Source: Mobula hypostoma (Eukaryota). From it: a stretch of DNA of 64,000 nt. The DNA lies in NCBI RefSeq assembly GCF_963921235.1, contig NC_086097.1:69752001-69816000 (forward strand), read 5' to 3'. Positions 14,011-27,489 of the stretch are shown in pieces (the first letter of the stretch is position 1; every line of letters begins with the position of its first letter). The translations under genes and the position numbers were made by a program. The notes beneath the pieces are model-generated. The model saw only the letters and a program-made list of their open reading frames with translations. It had not been told where the DNA came from and ran no database searches.

Positions 14011-15499
14011 ATGGAATACGGATTCATGAGCAGTAGGAAGCGAATAGGTGATGGTCATGAGGGTTTACTTACCCTTGTTTGACCTGATGCTGTAAAAAAT
14101 TTGTGGGGTTTGGAGTTGTTGAAGACTCCCTGGTCTACTGCTTTCAGTATTTCCTGGCATTGCCATCTCTAATATAGTATATTACACAAGAGAACTCGGG
14201 GGTGGGGGTTGGAGGAGGAAGATCTTGAGACTTAGAAATCTCAGAGGGAGTTTTTGAGGATTCTTAAGGAGAAGAGAGATACATTGCCTGGCAGAATATG
14301 ATTCTGTAAGTTCAAGTATGTTGCTGTTGCTTAGAGGTGAGGTAAGTCTCCCAGTTTAGACTCCAGTCCACACCATTTCATTGGGGGGGCTTTACAAGTT
14401 CAACTGGGCTGGTAGAGATTTTGGCATGTCCAGATTTACTGCTTCTATTAACATTGGATGGTATGTTCATTTCTATCTCTTTTTGTTGTAAAGAAACAGT
14501 GAAATACAATTGTTCAGGTGTCATGGGATTTTACCAAAATCTCGATAGTTTTATAGTTGCCATTACTGACACCCCTTCGTGGCCTGGATTTGATCTTGTT
14601 TCTATATTACTATCACAGCTCTGCATTATTGATCAGGTAATTACACCACTGCTAAATCTTTGTTCAGTAGCAGTGTCGGACTACTTCAGTGTTATAGTAT
14701 CTTGCCAAATATACCAGCGTTAGTTGAAGAAGAAATGTGTTATACTTTTGGGCAAAATTTAATAGAAATCTGAAAAAACAAAGCTCCTGACATACAGTAC
14801 TGCAGTGATTAAAGCTGCTGCCTTACCTTTACAACAGACCAGGATCAATCCTGACATAGGATGCTGCCTTATGGAGGCTAATTGGTTACTATAAATGACC
14901 CCCCCCCACCCACACACATCCCCCATGTGAATCAAATAAGGAATAATTTGACATGTGGGTAACAGGGTTACAAGGAAATAAACGGGGAAATAAAAGGGTT
15001 ACTCCTTTGAGAGCTAGCCTGGATTCATTGTCCCAAATAGGTGCCTACTGTGTGTTAGTATGTGTGAAAATGATCCATTCATTTATTGATAGGTTGGAGA
15101 CAAGTTCCATGTGACATCAGGCAAAAGAAATTGTTAAAAAACACAATGATATTTCTGAAATTTAATAAATTTATGACAGGACTGCGACTTTAAAGTCATT
15201 CATTAAAATGGCAGTAAGATGAAAGCTGTTCATTTCATCATGTCAGATATGCTTGCATCTGCATTTAGCCAATTACTGTGGCTATCCAGCTGTTGCCCCA
15301 GGAATGAGCATTTTCCCTAACCTTTTAAGTACTTACTGATTTCTCTCTTGAAATTCCCACCCAAGATCTTTTAGGTTGATTATTTCGGGTCACAACTTTT
15401 TAAAAAAAGGGAGAAATATTGTATGTCAGTTCTGGATCTTTACTGGCAATGACACATCAATCTCTGGTCAGCTTAATGCCTTTTGTGCATACTTTTGAG

Positions 15500-18150
15500 A
15501 GTGAGAATAATGACACACCTCTGTGAACCCCCAGCTCCAGACAGCTCACTCCTCAGTCAAGGAGGTTGACATCAGAACCTCCTTCATGAGACTGAATTTT
15601 TGCAAGGTGTCAGACCTTGAAGGCTTGCGGAGTTGAAAACTGACACTGACTAATTGGTTGGAGTATTCCGAAACATCTTTAACCTCCTCTGTGGTCTGAG
15701 GTTCCCATCTGCTTCAAGAATTGTATTGACTATATTGGTGTGCAAGAAGAGCAGGATGACCTGCCTCAATAACTACCATCTGGTAGCACTTGCACCACAG
15801 AAATGAAGTGTTTATGGCTCGAATCCTGCTTCAATTTACTTATTGCCACAATTATCTACAGCAGATGCTATCTTGCTGGCTCAGCGCTCTCCACTGGATC
15901 ACCTGGACAATTGGAACTGCTGGACACCAGGCCGTTGTTCATTGACTGTAGTCCAACATCATTCCCTGAAAACTTAATCATCAAGCTCCTGGGCCTTTAT
16001 ACCTCCCTGTGCTGGATTCTTGACTTTCTCATTGGGAGACCACAATTAGTACGATTCTGAAACCATACCTCCTTCTCACCGACAAACACAGATGCACCTC
16101 AGGGCTGAGTAGTTAGCCTTAGCTCCACTCTATATCTACAGTTGTGCGCCAAGCATAGCTGCAGAGCCATCTACAAATTCACTGATAATAGAATTATTGG
16201 TGACAAGGTGATATACAGGAGTGAGATAGGTCACTGGTATGTGTGGTGTTGTAACAACAACCTAATGCTCACCATCGTCAAGACCAAGGAACTGATTTTC
16301 AACTTCAGGAAGGAGGTCAGCGAAACGCACACCCATCTTTTGGCCTGCAATGGAAGGTGAACATCTTCAAGGTGCAAGGTGTCATCATCTTGGAGGACCT
16401 ATCCTGAGCCCACCTCAGAGATGCAGTCGTGAAGAAGGTGCATCAGCACGTCTACTTTCCCCAAAGTTAAAAAGATTCAGCATGCCATCAAGATGCTGAA
16501 AGACTCCAAGGATGTACAGTGAAAACTATTGCCAGGTTCTGTTCTAACTCCATCTTCAAGTTTACAGATGACACCTTTCTTGCTGGCTGAGTCTCAAATA
16601 ACGATGAGTCAATGTCAAAGAAGGAGGTGGGGCACCACGGTATCATAGTGGTAGGTGTGACTATTACAGCTCGGGGCATTGGAGTTTGGAGTTCAATTCT
16701 GTAAGCATCTGTCTGCCCTCCCTGTGGAGTGCGTGGGTTTTCTCTGGTTGATCCGGTTTCCTTCTGCAACTCACAGGCGTACTGGTTCAAAGTTAATTGG
16801 TCATTGTAAATTGTCCCATGATTAGGCTAGGGTTAAATCGCAGGTTGTTGGAAGTCCCTATTCCGCGCTGAATCTAAGTAAATAATTAGTGGCCTGGTGT
16901 CATGATAACAATGTTTTCCTCAATGTCAGTAAAAGAGTTGGTCATTAACTTAAAGGAAGAAGAGTAATACACATGGTCCTCTTTACATCAATGATGCTGA
17001 AGTTAAATTGATTGAAAGCTTCAAGTTCTCGGGAGTGAACATCACCAATAGTCTGTCCTGGTCCAATAAAGCACATTAGTGCCTCTACTTCCTCAAGAGG
17101 CTAAAGAAATTTGGCATGTTTTCTTCAAACCTCACAAATTGTTACTAATGAACTATACACTGCATCGTATATGGCTGCATCATCGCTTGTAAAGCAATTA
17201 AATAACTGCAGAGTTGTAGGCACAGCTCAGCACATCACAAAAACTAGTCTCCCCTCCATGGGGTTCTCTACACTTCTTGCTCCTTGCTAATGTTGTTATC
17301 ATAATAAATTACCCCACCTACCCCAGCTATTCTCTCTTTTCCTCCCTCCCATCAGGCAGAAGATACAGAAGTCTGAAAGCACGTGCCACCAGGCTCAGGG
17401 ACAGCTTCTATCTTGTTAAAAAGACAATGGAACAGTCCTCTAGTATGATGAAATGAACTGTTGTTCTCACAGTCTATTTCTAATGGTATGCATCTTATTG
17501 TCTGTCTGCATTATACTTTCTCTTCTGTAATACTTAATTCTGCATTCAGTATTGTTTTCTTGTGCTACTCAGTGCATTGTTTAATGATATTATATGGATG
17601 GCATGCAAAACAAAGCTTTTCACTGTACCTTAGTACATGTGACAGTAATAACCCATTTTACCAGTTTTGACTGGTGACGTTGTAGTAGTCTTAGTCTGGA
17701 AACTCCAATGCACTGGACTGCTAGATACCACAGAGAGGTGGACTCAGCCAGTTCCATCAAGGGTATAGTCCCCCCCCACTACCAAGGGCATTTATATGAT
17801 GTAATGTCTCAGGAAGGCAGCATCCATCATCAAGGAACCAAAAATCTGGGCTATTTCCTCTTCTCATTGCTGCCTACAGGCAGGAGATACAGGAGCTTGG
17901 AGGTTCAACAGCAACATCTTACCCACTGAAATCAGATTCTTGAATCCACCTGAAAAAAAGCTCGACATTAGCTTGGACTTTTTCTTTAAATCCATCTCAA
18001 TCTTGCTGTAATGTTGTTATTTTGCAGCTGTAAGTTATGTATAACATATGTTATCTAATGTTTGTCATCTTGTGATGTACTGTGCTGCTACTGCAAAAGC
18101 TAATTTTCAATGTACTTTGTATGCCAGTGACGACAATAAGCTTTGTTATT
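15500..18150 (+). mobile_element. Rex1/Babar-like LINE fragments, two nested copies
   Basis: ORF motifs LFIDCS.., [25 protein letters not shown] and FSLLPTGRRYRSL. A second 3' end lies at ~17340-17670. Confidence 0.75.
16630..16885 (+). mobile_element. tRNA-derived V-SINE-like element inserted in Rex1
   Basis: tRNA-like head with gagttcaattc B box; V-domain-like tgcgtgggttttctctggttgatccggtttcc; taaataa tail. Confidence 0.7.
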
Positions 18151-18289
18151 ACCATTTTGTTATTAAGTCAGCTGCATAGAAAACTGTCTCGTACATTACA
18201 ATTTTCAATAATTCAAAATATTTTATAAAGTCTGCTTAAAGTTTGGTGTCAGGATAGAAACAGTATTTCATTTTAGATTTAACTACTTA

Positions 18290-19280
18290 TAAACCACTTT
18301 TTTCCAAGATTTGGGGAATCAAGACCTGAAAAACATAGTTCAGGGTGAGAGGGAAGAAATGTAATAGGAACCTGTGGGGTGACATTTTCACCGAAGAGGG
18401 TGGTGAGGATGTGGAATGAGGTGCCAGATGAAATGTTTGAGAGAGGATCTTAATAGCATTCAAAAGGCACTTGGACATATCTGGAATAGAAAGGTTCAAT
18501 GAATCAATTTAATATCAGAGAATGTATACATTATACAACCTGAAATCGTTACTCTTCACAGACATCCATGAAACGGAGAGAAAAAACCCTAAAGAATGAA
18601 TGACAGAAAAACATTGAAACCCCAGAGCCCCCCCATGCACAAGCAGCAGCAAAAGCATCAACCCTCCCCTCCCCCTTCCCTGCCTCCACTTCAGCAAAGT
18701 ATCAGCCCCCACCACTCTCCATGCAATAGCAAATTCCAGAGAACATGATCTAGAAGCCATCAAAAACTACTGTCCTTTTTAACACTTCAACATCTCAGCA
18801 GATTCTCTCATTAATGCAGGAGAGAGTGATATTGCTCCTGTCGCAGCAAGCGGTAAGGCCGTGGACTAGCTGCTTCGATGGTGCAATCTGTAGCGTCTCT
18901 TATTTGAGTGCCCCCGACTTTAAGCCAGCAGACTCTCACTCACCATCGAGAGAGAGAGAGAGAGATCGCTTGAATGCAGTACCCTCCGACAGCTGCACCC
19001 CGTCTTGATGTTTCGATTTCCTGCTATGCTTCAGTTGGTGTCATTGGCAAGGAATCGTGTCCTCCTCAGCACTGCACCCCAAAGGCAGACGTCTTCCGAG
19101 CTGCTTCTGGAGATCCCAAAACCCAGGCCACTCGGTGAGTTCCAAAGAGCAAGAACCCACGGCCTGGTGGGTTTAAAGGGATATGGGCCACACATGGGCA
19201 AATGGAACTAGCTCAGTTGTGAATCTTGGTTACTGTGGACCATTTGGGCCAAAAGGTCTGATTCTGTGCTGTATACGACT
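18290..19280 (+). mobile_element. CR1 3' end split by an unclassified ~660 bp minus-strand element (~18500-19160)
   Basis: CR1 sequence stops at ggaatagaaagg and resumes at gggtttaaagggatatgggcc. The insert has a LINE-like tail at its left edge and an internal (GA)n run. Confidence 0.6.
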
Positions 19281-19629
19281 CCAAAAGGTTTATCTTAATA
19301 GTAATGAGACATGCTTCATGATCCTAGAGACTTGGTTCTCCATTTATCTGAGATTTAGTATCTATTTAATCGTGGGTACTAATACAAATTCAGTAGTTTT
19401 GAATAATATTTAAAAAAGCATAGTGGCAGCTTATTCCCACATTAATTTCAGTTTTTCAGCATTTATATTTTGTTTATCTTTCAGTTGTGTAAAATAAATT
19501 AAATTCAGTACAAAATAGTGTAAATCAAAATATACATCTTTTATTTGATCGATAGCACCAGTAATCACTTCAAGATAATTTGGGCCATTAGTATCTTGCC
19601 AGTCACCTGCTGCCCTATCGTTGCACACC

Positions 19630-21240
19630 ACCAAAGTCAAAGCCAAAGTCGAGTTTATTGTTATATGCACAAGTACATGTGCAATAAAAAACTTAGTTTG
19701 CAGCGCATCACAGGTATATCGTATAAGCAGCATTCACAAGAAAAATATAAATTAAACACACATTAGACATTTTTTACAAGAAAACACTATTAGAACAAAA
19801 AAAGTTGATTTTAGTGTAAAGTGGTTAAAGTGTTGCTAAATCATAGGCTGCCTTTGTTCAAAACTAAATGTTTGAAGGGAAAGAACTGTTCTTGAACCTA
19901 ATGATGTAGGACTTCAGGATTCTGCACCTGCTGCCTTGATGGTAGCTATGAAAAGATGGCACAGGCTGAATGGTGGAGATCTTGGATGATCAACACTACA
20001 TGCTTGAGACAGTATCTCCTGTAGATATTACCTGTGGAGGGGAGGGATGTGCACATGGTTTATTGGTTAGAGTCTACTATCTGCGGCTCCTTATGTAACG
20101 GCACATTTGAACTGTGGTAGCAGACCATGACACAACCAGTTATGAATACTTTTGATTGTACAAAAGTTTGTAGTGTGTTTGATGATAAGGTGGACCCTCC
20201 ACAACCTCTTAATAAAGTAAGGATGCTGACATGCTTTTCTTATGATTGCAATCAAGGCATTTATATGTGGGCTCAGGTCTGTTTATCTTTTTTAATGACA
20301 GGAGTTTAATCCTGTTGACTCTTTCCAATGCCATTTCCCCTAAGTAGACTGGCACCTCTTCACCTGCTTTTCCCTTCCTAAAGTCGACAATCAGCTCTTT
20401 AGTTTAACTGATGTTTAGTGAAAGGTTGTCAACCAGGTGATCTATCTTGCTCTGATAAGTTGACTCATCATCACCCGTGTTTGTCAAAGAACAGTCTTAC
20501 TGGCAAATTTAATGGTGTCATTGGTGCTGTGCTTAACCACATAATCATTGGTATATGGAGAGCAGAGCTGTGATCTAAGCTTGCAGCTTTGAGCTGCACC
20601 TGTGTGGATGATCAGTGAAGAGATGTTGTTACCAGTTCTCACTGGTTGAAGTCTTCCAGCGAGGAAAACATGTAACCAGTTGCTGATGGGGGGGAAAAAG
20701 AGGTAAGTTTTGAAGCTGTATGATGCATTTGGATGGGATAATTGTGTTGAAAGCTGAGCTGTAGTCAATGGTTAAAAGTCTGATGGATGAGTTCCCGTTG
20801 TTCAGTTGGTCCAGAGCAGAGCAAAGAGCCAGAGAAATTGCAGTTGCTGTTGACCTGTTATGACAATAGACAAGTTGGAGGAAGTCCAGGTTATTTTTTA
20901 GGTGGGAGTTAATTTGTGCTGTAACCAACCTTTCAAAGCACATCATTACAGTTGATATAAGTGCCACCAGATCGCAGTTGTTGAGGCAGGTCGTTACGCC
21001 ATTCTTGGGACTGGTCAAATAAAATGCCCTTTTGAAGCAGATGGGAACCTCAGACCACAGAAGTGTGAGGTTGAATATAGCCAGAAATACTCCAGAGTTT
21101 TAATACTCAGGCAGGTACACCATCTGGACCAGACACCTTTCAAGGATTCACCCTCTTGAAGGATGCCTGTATGTCAACCCCGGGGGTTAAAATTACAGGT
21201 CACCAAGATATGTGGGGACTTGTGTGGGTGTGTCGTGGTT
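19630..21240 (-). mobile_element. Rex1/Babar-like LINE
   Basis: ORF 20629..21018 VALISTVMMCFERLV..LD.LQ..Y..NRST..AISLAL..IDYSSAFNTIIP; (caaagt)-type tail at ~19631-19650. Confidence 0.85.
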
Positions 21241-22149
21241 TTCCCTATCAAATGGATGCATTTAAAAGGAATTTCATTGCCATTCAAATACTTTGGGCTT
21301 CAGCTTTGTGGAAGGTTTTGTGTAAATTTATAAGAGCAAGGCACGTAGAGTGATAGTTCAGTATTAGACACGAAATCCAGAGCCCTGGGTTAATGGGCTG
21401 CAAATAAGTTTTATCAATGATGGTAATCAGATCGCTGTGAAAATCCAACTGATTTATTAATTTACTTTGAGAGTGAAATTTGCAATCCTTACTCAGCCTG
21501 ACCCTTTATATACATGTCTTTGCTCCCATAGCACTGTATCTGAGCAAGACCAAATAGAATTGAGCAGTAAATGACACTGGCAGTCCCAAATCTCAAAAAC
21601 AAATCTTTATTAAAATAGGGTTTTATCAATGTTACAGTGTTTTTATTTACAGTGAGGGCTTGAATTTTTCATTTTAAACATATTAAAAAATTAATCCTTT
21701 AACTGTCCCCTCACTTAGCCCCAGCCTGAATGGTGTATTTCTTATTCAATTTTTACATAGAGATTAGTCTTGAATTCAGTTTGTAGTTTACATATGTTAA
21801 TTATGGTGTGATGTTGACCAAAAACAAGGAGTAAAATACTGGTAGAAAAGATTACATTAAATTAAATGAACTTTTGACAAAGCTGTTCACTCTGAAGGAT
21901 TTCATTGAAAGTTTTTGTGAAATTTGAACTTTGTAAATTTGAAAAAAAAAGAATAGTGATACCCAAAGCCTCTGTTTAAAAACAAACAGCATTAAAATCT
22001 GCCTTAATAATCCATATCTTACCCATGGATGTGGTGTCTAGCACATGTACTCTAAGATCAGGGCAAGTTATTTCTGAACCACAGAACAGAGTTGCAATTT
22101 ACCTCGTAGGATGTGGAATGTATGTACACGACTGTCTTGTAATTTTAAT

Positions 22150-22460
22150 TTAGTTATGATTTATTGTTGTTACATACACCAAGGTTGTTTTGCATATCAT
22201 TCATACAAATAATTTTTTATCACATCAATACCTTGATGTATTACAAGGGAACAGCAGTAACAATGCAGAATTAAGTGTTACAGTCACAAAAAGTGCTGTG
22301 CAGGCAGACAGTAAGGTGCAAGGCCATAACAAGTTAGATACTGAGGTCAGGACGCCATCTTATAGTATGAAGGGACCATTCAATAATCTTATCACAGTAG
22401 GAGAGAAGCTGTCCTTGAGCCTGGTAGTATGTGCTATCAGGTTTTTGTTTCCTCTGTCTG
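22150..22460 (-). mobile_element. Rex1/Babar-like 3' end fragment
   Basis: ttcaataatcttatcacagtaggagagaagctgtccttgagcctggtagtatgtgct resembles the reverse complement of the Rex1 C-terminal region at 17340-17420. Confidence 0.6.
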
Positions 22461-22825
22461 ATGAGCTATATTATCCTGAATTAATTTTGCATGAATATAT
22501 ATTAAAATACAACAAATCAGAAGATAAATGTTACCTTGATGGATTTTGTTGAAGAAAGACTAAAGATGACCCATGTGGAAAATGGAACTGAATATAGTAT
22601 AAAGGTGGTTTAACCATGGTTCAGACTCAGTTTACCACAACAACTTTATTTTTAATCTCTGTGCCCATTAGAGAAAATCCATAGAGCATGGTTTGATGTT
22701 CTTTATGGTTTGCTAACTATGGCACAACTTCAAGTGAATGGTGTATTTATACTGCATGATCTCTTTGTTCTTCCCAACTTGAACTCGTACCTGCCATTTG
22801 AAAAATGACAAACGAAAATCAAGAT

Positions 22826-23890
22826 AACACACACAAAGTGCTGGAGAAACTCAGCAGGTCAGATAGCATCTATGGAAAAGAGTAAACAGTTGACGTTTTG
22901 GTCTGAGACCCTTCATTGGGACTGGAAAAAAAAGATGAGAATACAGTGCAAGAAGGTGGGGGAGGGGAGGAAGAAGTACGGGGTTGTAGGCGATAGGTGA
23001 AACTGGAAGGGGGAAGAGGTGAAGTAAAGAGCTGGGAAGAAGATTGGTGAAAGAGATAAAGGGCTGGAGAAGGGAGAAACTGATAGAGGACAGGCCGTGG
23101 ATGAGGAAAGGGGGAGGAGTAAGAGGGAGGTGATGGATAGATCGGGACTTAGAGTGAGAGAGGGGAATGGGAATGGAGAAGGATAGGGTCTAGGGCAATT
23201 ACTGGAAGTTGGAGGCTACCCAGCTGGAATATAAGCTGTTGCTCCTCCAACATGAGTGTGGCCTCCGCACAGCAGTAGAAGAGGCAATAGACTGACATGT
23301 CGGAATGGGAAGTAGAATTGAAAGATCCTGGGAGATCCTGTTTTTTCTGGCGGACAGAGTGTAGATGGTTGGCGAAGCAGTCACCCAGTCTATGGCAGAA
23401 CTCACCGATACACAGGAGGCCACGCTGGGAGTACCAGACACAATGAAGGACCCCAGCAGACTCACATGTGAAGTGTTGCCTCACCTGGAAGGACTGTTAG
23501 GGGCCCTGAATGGTAGTGAGGAAGGAAGTGCAGGGGCAGGGGTGGCATGTGTTTTTCTTGCAAGGATAAGTACCGGGAGGGAGGAATGGACAAGGGTGTT
23601 GCATAGGGAGTGATCCCTGTGGAATGTTTGGGGTGGGGTGGAGTGGGGGGTAGAGATGCACTTGGTGGTGGGATCCCATTGGAGATGGCGGAAGTTACAG
23701 AGAATTATGTGCTAGAAAATGAAAAATAATCTCCTTTTCTTTCCAATCAGATATATTATTTCACTTTTAGCATACCAAACCTGACAATTATTTCGCCAAC
23801 ACACACAAAATGATGGAGGAACTCAGCAAGTCAGGCAGCATCTATGGAGGAGAATAAAGAAAGGATGCTGCAACCTGAGATTCTTCATCT
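22826..23890 (-). mobile_element. Penelope-like retroelement: GIY-YIG endonuclease remnant and terminal repeats
   Basis: ORF 23149..23484 RQHFTCESAGVLHCVW.SQRGLLCIGE..HRLGD.F.NHL..LEEQQLIFQLGSLQ is a decayed GIY-YIG domain. Terminal repeats at ~22826-22930 and ~23797-23890. Confidence 0.85.
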
Positions 23891-24599
23891 TGACTTGTTA
23901 CCAATTATTTGCTCATTCTGTGTTTATTAATGACCTTGTGCAATTGCTTGCATTTCTCATCTGTCCTTTCATCTCAAAAAAATTGCAGCATTATTGCAAC
24001 AAAAATCTGTCAAAATTCATTCCTTGTTCTTTTGTAATCTAGCAGTAGTGCTATCTGCAAATAGAGGAGGCACTGCACATGTATTAACATCTTCAGCTGT
24101 CTTTTATGCCAATCTACAGTGCGAGGGAAATATTTTTGTAGTGCTTCTACTAGATTAGTCAGAGTTAATGTGCTTACTTTGTGTCCATTGTTGGGGATTG
24201 TCTTACCCTTGTGTACATCAGTACTGTTTTCCCAACCATTCTCTGATAATGAGTGAGCTTCATGTTCTAAATCACAAAAAAACACCTTTGCTAATGATGT
24301 TTCTTCTGAATTTCATTTTGGATATTTATTAATGATCATAGACTAACTCCAATTATGCTTTTCTCCTGATTGTAAACATGCTGCCTATTTTCTATCCCTC
24401 TTAAATATAGGTATTAGATTAGCTATTTGCCAATCCTCTGATACTGCACTGTTCTAATAATTTACAGTATCTGTGTAATAACATTTCTGCTAATTCTTCC
24501 CTAGATTCTTGTAATTGTGCAGATGCAACTAATTGGGCAAGAGGTTTCATCCCTTTTGAATTTAATTAGTTTATTTAATTAATCTTTTTCTGAAAAAAA

Positions 24600-25510
24600 T
24601 GTGCTGTGAAAAATTTGCACTTCATATTTAGGGAAGGATGTGCTGGCCGTGGAGAGGGTTCATAGGAAGTTCACAAGAATGATGCCAAGAATGAAAGGCT
24701 TAACATGAGAGAAGTTTGATGTCTCTGGACCTGTGTTTGATAGAGTTCAGAAGGATAAGGAGGGATCACATTGAAACTTAACACATTGATACTGAATGGC
24801 CTGGATTGAGTGCGTATGGAGAAAATGTTTCCATTCATAGGAGGGCCTAGCATCTGAGGGCACATCGTCAGAATATAGGGGCAACCCTTTAAAACTGAGA
24901 TTCAGGGGGATTTCTAGAGGGTGCTTTATCTATGGAATTCATTCCAACGGAGTGCTGTGGAGACCAAGTTATTGGATTTATTTGAGGCAGTGATTGATAG
25001 ACAGAGATGATTGTTAAGGAGGTTATGGGGAGAAGACAGGATAATAGGATTATTAAAAATCAGCCATAATTGAATGCATATCTCAAGTACTAAAGCAGAT
25101 GCAGTGACTAGCATCTGCTTCTATATACTTTATATTTTATTGTCGCCAAACAATTGGTACTAGAATGTACAGTCATCACAGCGATATTTGATCCTGTGCT
25201 TTACACTCCCTGGATTACAAATATTAAATATTAACGGTATTAAAAATAGTTAAAATTAGTAAATATTAAAAATTTAAATTATAAATCGTAAATAGAAAAT
25301 AGAAAAATGGGAAGTAAGGTAGTGCAAAAAAACAGAGAGGCAGGTCTAGATATTTGGAGGGTACGGCCCAGATCCGGGTCAGGATCCATTCAGCAATCTT
25401 ATCACAGTTGGAAAGAAGCTGTTCCCAAATCTGGCTGTACGAGTCTTCAAGCTCCTGAATGAAGCAGCAGACTCAATGGGCTAAATGGCCTGATTCTGCT
25501 CCTATATTCG
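24600..25510 (+). mobile_element. CR1 3' portion interrupted by a Rex1 3' end
   Basis: aggatgtgctggccgtggagagggttcataggaagttcacaagaatg...; 3' UTR resumes at gcagactcaatgggctaaatggcc. Confidence 0.8.
25077..25455 (-). mobile_element. Young Rex1/Babar-like 3' end
   Basis: Near-identical reverse complement of 63687-64000; flanked by TGAATG direct repeats (25071-25076 and 25456-25461). Confidence 0.85.
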
Positions 25511-26708
25511 ATGTAACTAAAAAAAAAGGTAGTTTGAGAGACTCCTTTCAAAAGGAATGGTAGAATTTATAACTTACATGGATATTTTCATTTGTTATAG
25601 TAAGTTAATGCAATAAAGTTGTGAGTTTGAATTAATTAGGATTACTGTGGTCATTCACGTAACTGAAGTAAATAGACCAAAGTAAGGGTCAACAACTTAA
25701 CTCAATGTTGTATTACTCTGTAACTGTAAATCATTACTCATCCAGCATCACATTCACTGGATATGTCTTCTGAAGAAAAAAAACATATTTTTGCCATTTC
25801 CTATCAGTATGTGTAGTGATTGTTCGGTTTATGCTGAATGGTCTCATACGTATCAGTTACTTTAACAATATTTCTAATTGCTGAAATCTTTTCACTAGAA
25901 ACAGTGTTATCAACACCTGCATACAGCCTTCCACTAATTATGTTTACCAGTAAGCTTTTTAACAAGCTGTTTTAAAAAAAAGCGTAGTTCTTTAAAGTGA
26001 ATGACCCATTTTCAAGTATATTTAATGTGATCTTATTTCAATTCATTAAGAATCTACCACAGTGTAAACTAGAAAATTGTTTTAATGCAATTCAAATTAA
26101 AATTTACAATTTTAGTTGGGGTAATACAGATAGCTGATTGGCAGTGTGGTTAGTATTTTGTGATAAGTGTATTTTAAGCAGCTTTAAACATGTTTCAGAA
26201 TGCATTTCAACATACAGTAGTGTGCAATAGTTTTAGGCACATATATACAGCTAGGGTGCCTAACAGTTTTGCAGAGTACTGTATTTGTCAATGTGGAGCG
26301 GAGAGTGGAGTGTGTAAATGTGGCAGGAGCAGAAGATGTAGGGAATAGCAGGTGGAGGTGTGTGTGTGTGTGTGGGGGGAGGGGTGGTGTGGGACAGGTA
26401 ACGGAAGGAGTGCCAGGGGCGAGGGATGGCGAAGGTGAAGACACACCCAGCCCTGAGACACAAGGCAAGGTCATTTGATTCCAAACAATTGGTCCATTGA
26501 TCATTACAGAATGTCCTTCTGGTGCTTCCTACTCCCTCCCCTCTCCCTTTTCCTTTCCCAAGCCCTGATTCCCCTCTCCCTGCCCTCTTCCTATTTTTGG
26601 TCCACAGAAGAGACCAATTATCAGAATCAAGTTTATCATCACTGACATATGTGATGATTTTTTTCATGGTAGCACTACAGTGTAATATATAAAATTACTG
26701 CCCTGTCA

Positions 26709-27404
26709 TTCCCCCCCCCTCTCCTCCTCCCCTCTCCTCCTCCCCTCTCCTCCTCCCCTCTCCTCCTCCCCTCTCCTCCTCCCCTCTCCTCCTCCCCTCT
26801 CCTCCTCCCCTCTCCTCCCCCCCTCTCCCCCCCCCTCTCCCCCCCCTCTCCTCCCCCCTCTCCTCCCCCTCCCTCCCCCTCTCCCCCCCTCTCCTCCCCC
26901 CTCTCCTCCCCCCTCTCCTCCCCCTCTCCTCCCCCCTCTCCTCCCCCCCTCTCCTCCCCCCTCTCCTCCCCCCTCTCCTCCCCCCCTCTCCTCCCCCTCT
27001 CCTCCCCCCTCTCCTCCCCCCTCTCCTCCCCCCCTCCTCCCCCCCCTCCTCCCCCCCTCTCCTCCCCCTCTCCTCCCCCCCTCTCCCCCCCCTCTCCTCC
27101 CCCCTCTCCTCCCCCTCTCCTCCCCCCTCTCCTCCCCCCCCTCCCCCTCCTCCTCCCCCTCTCCTCCCCCCCTCTCCTCCCCCCTCTCCTCCCCCCCTCT
27201 CCCCCCCTCCTCCCCCCTCCCCCCCTCTCCTCCCCCCTCTCCTCCCCCCTCTCCTCCCCCCCTCTCCTCCCCCCTCTCCTCCCCCCCCCCCCCCTCCCCC
27301 CCCCCCTCCCCCCCCTCCTCCCCCCCTCCTCTTCCCCCCCTCCTCTTCCCCCCCTCCTCTTCCCTCCCTCTCCTTCCCCCCTCCCCCTCCTCCCCCCTCC
27401 CCCC
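26709..27404. repeat. ~700 bp pure C/T low-complexity tract (CCTCT/CCTCC variants)
   Basis: No purine seen on the + strand across the tract; source of three spurious G/E/R-rich ORFs. Confidence 0.95.
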
Positions 27405-27489
27405 ATGCGCGCGCACACACACACCCACATACCTTGGTGCTGCACTGTACTCTACATGGTTAATCAAAAACTCCATTCCTCCCGTGTTA

